From: Botryllus schlosseri
Taxonomy: Eukaryota
Assembly: GCA_051294905.1 (NCBI GenBank)
Contig: CM119372.1
Coordinates: 39,682,001 to 39,746,000, forward strand
DNA length: 64,000 bases
Reading direction: 5' to 3'
The stretch's first letter is position 1; each line of letters opens with the position of its first letter. Made by a program: the position numbers and the translations under genes. The notes beneath the pieces were generated by a model that worked only from the letters and a program-made list of their open reading frames with translations, did not search any database and had not been told where the DNA came from. Of the stretch, positions 62,380-64,000 are shown one piece after another.

Positions 62380-62560
62380 AGTATCAAATGCACTGGACTA
62401 AGAAGTGCTCGACCGATTCCTCAGTGAAACAGGTTTCATACAGTCCACCCACATGGCACCTAATATGGCGCGAGTGCCGTCGAGTTTGCAATGACTTGTC
62501 TGGAGTTTGAAGAGAGTTGCACAATGTTGTTTATCCATCTTATTCACTTCCTTGATGATT
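62380..62560 (-). mobile_element. Highly degraded LINE C-terminal (CCHC) remnant
   Basis: Minus-strand fragments ATLFKLQTSHC and EESVEHFLVQC in different frames. Confidence 0.5.
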
Positions 62561-64000
62561 TATTTGTATTAGATAAAACGTCGATAGTGAACCCCCAGTC
62601 TCTGCCGTATTGTATTCGGTGGTATACCTTCCTTCGGTGTAACGGGAATGAAACCGGCGCCTTCGTGATCTTAAATCCGTATACAAGTAATATTAATTTT
62701 TCAGTTGAAGAGATTCAAGCATATGTCCAATATTTCCAAGTCCTAATTAGCTAACATTGAATATCATTTTGCTTCTGAAAATGTCGCTAAAGATTTGGAT
62801 TCTTTTCATGATCGGATTCGTCATATACATCCGTTCGGCAGGTTCGAAATTTTCGTGATTATAATTTAAAGCAATTGAATTATTGTCAATTTCAGCAAAA
62901 CTTTGCGTGAGAAGATACGTTGAAGGTAAATGGATCTCAAAGGGAGATTGTGGGGTTGGTGCATGTAGTTTTATTTCAACAGCAAACTTTTTTATTTTGC
63001 GTACGTTTTATGAAGGGCCCGGAAAGGAAGTCGGAGATTCAGAAGGAAATTCATCTCAGAGTGGAAAATGAGAGGAAATGGACTGTGAGTAGATTTTAAA
63101 ATATCGTTTTTTTAGCTGATACCATAACTATCATCGGAAATCCCGATACTATTCATTCGATATTTAAAAGAAGTACCCAAGTAGGTCTTGCCTACTTAGA
63201 CTAATTAATCAGCTGTTAAACCAGTGGCGGCTCGTCCTATAGGGAAACTGGGGCATTGCCCCACCAAAAATTCTGTTCAATAACAATTCATTTCCATTTA
63301 TAGACATACAGCAATCTATATATACCGAAATCACAGCGAAAATCTTATTCTTCTTGTCCTTTCGCTTGTAAATGTCCATATATAGCGAAGTCTCTGCGAA
63401 AATCGAATTCTCTTCTGTGTTTTCGGTTTGCGAATGCCTAGCCGGGGCATGCCCCGGTAGCGCTCATAACAAGCTTTCACTGTCTATTCTCTCAAAGCCG
63501 CGCACAATAAAGAAACGGTGATATACTCTCTCCTATTCATGAAATTACCGAGCAAGTGGGGCACAATAGGTCTCTGCCCCTAAGGTGTGATGTAACAATC
63601 GTATCTATATCTGAACTCGGTTACCGTCATATGCGTTTAGTCGACCTGTGCTGGTATAGGACGATTTTGATGGTGTTTCACACGATGATAATAGGCCATT
63701 TGCAGGACTTCGATCACGTGACTAGATACGCATAGCAACCACAAATTGGTTAGCAAGCTACTTTCTCGCGCACCTGCTTCAGTGTTAAATATCGCATACT
63801 GTACTGTTGATGTCTGGTTGTAAACGTGTCAGAAATTTGTTGTTGAAGTCATCAGAGATTCACCTATGCTAGACGTCAGTCCTGTACAAAGCATTTCGAA
63901 TTACATCGTCAGAATTACGCAGAAACCCCTCGGTAACGTAGTCGTATTACGGTATTCAACCCTGATCATATGTACTTACATTCTGGCATTTGAAGTAGAG

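Overview
Eukaryotic (invertebrate animal) genomic DNA, AT-rich and very dense in transposons. A TC14-like C-type lectin suggests a styelid ascidian, but that is inference. Three intron-containing genes could be spliced by hand with consistent GT-AG phases. (1) The 3' part of a synphilin-1/SNCAIP-like ankyrin gene (+, 9 exons, <1-16810). (2) A convergent, apparently complete CCDC175-like coiled-coil gene (-, 15 exons, 42282-17749, ~751 aa). (3) A 3-exon secreted C-type lectin (+, 49999-53083). The first SNCAIP intron holds a three-level nest: hAT-type element > hAT-type element > an intact 4192-bp Gypsy-like LTR retrotransposon. That element has identical 159-bp LTRs, a 5-bp TSD, a -1 gag-pol frameshift site and a non-canonical primer-binding site. 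The rest is filled with non-autonomous hAT-type elements/MITEs (many with perfect 8-bp TSDs), a tRNA-derived SINE, degraded RNase H/CCHC-type LINE remnants and microsatellites. All homology calls come from remembered motifs, not database searches.
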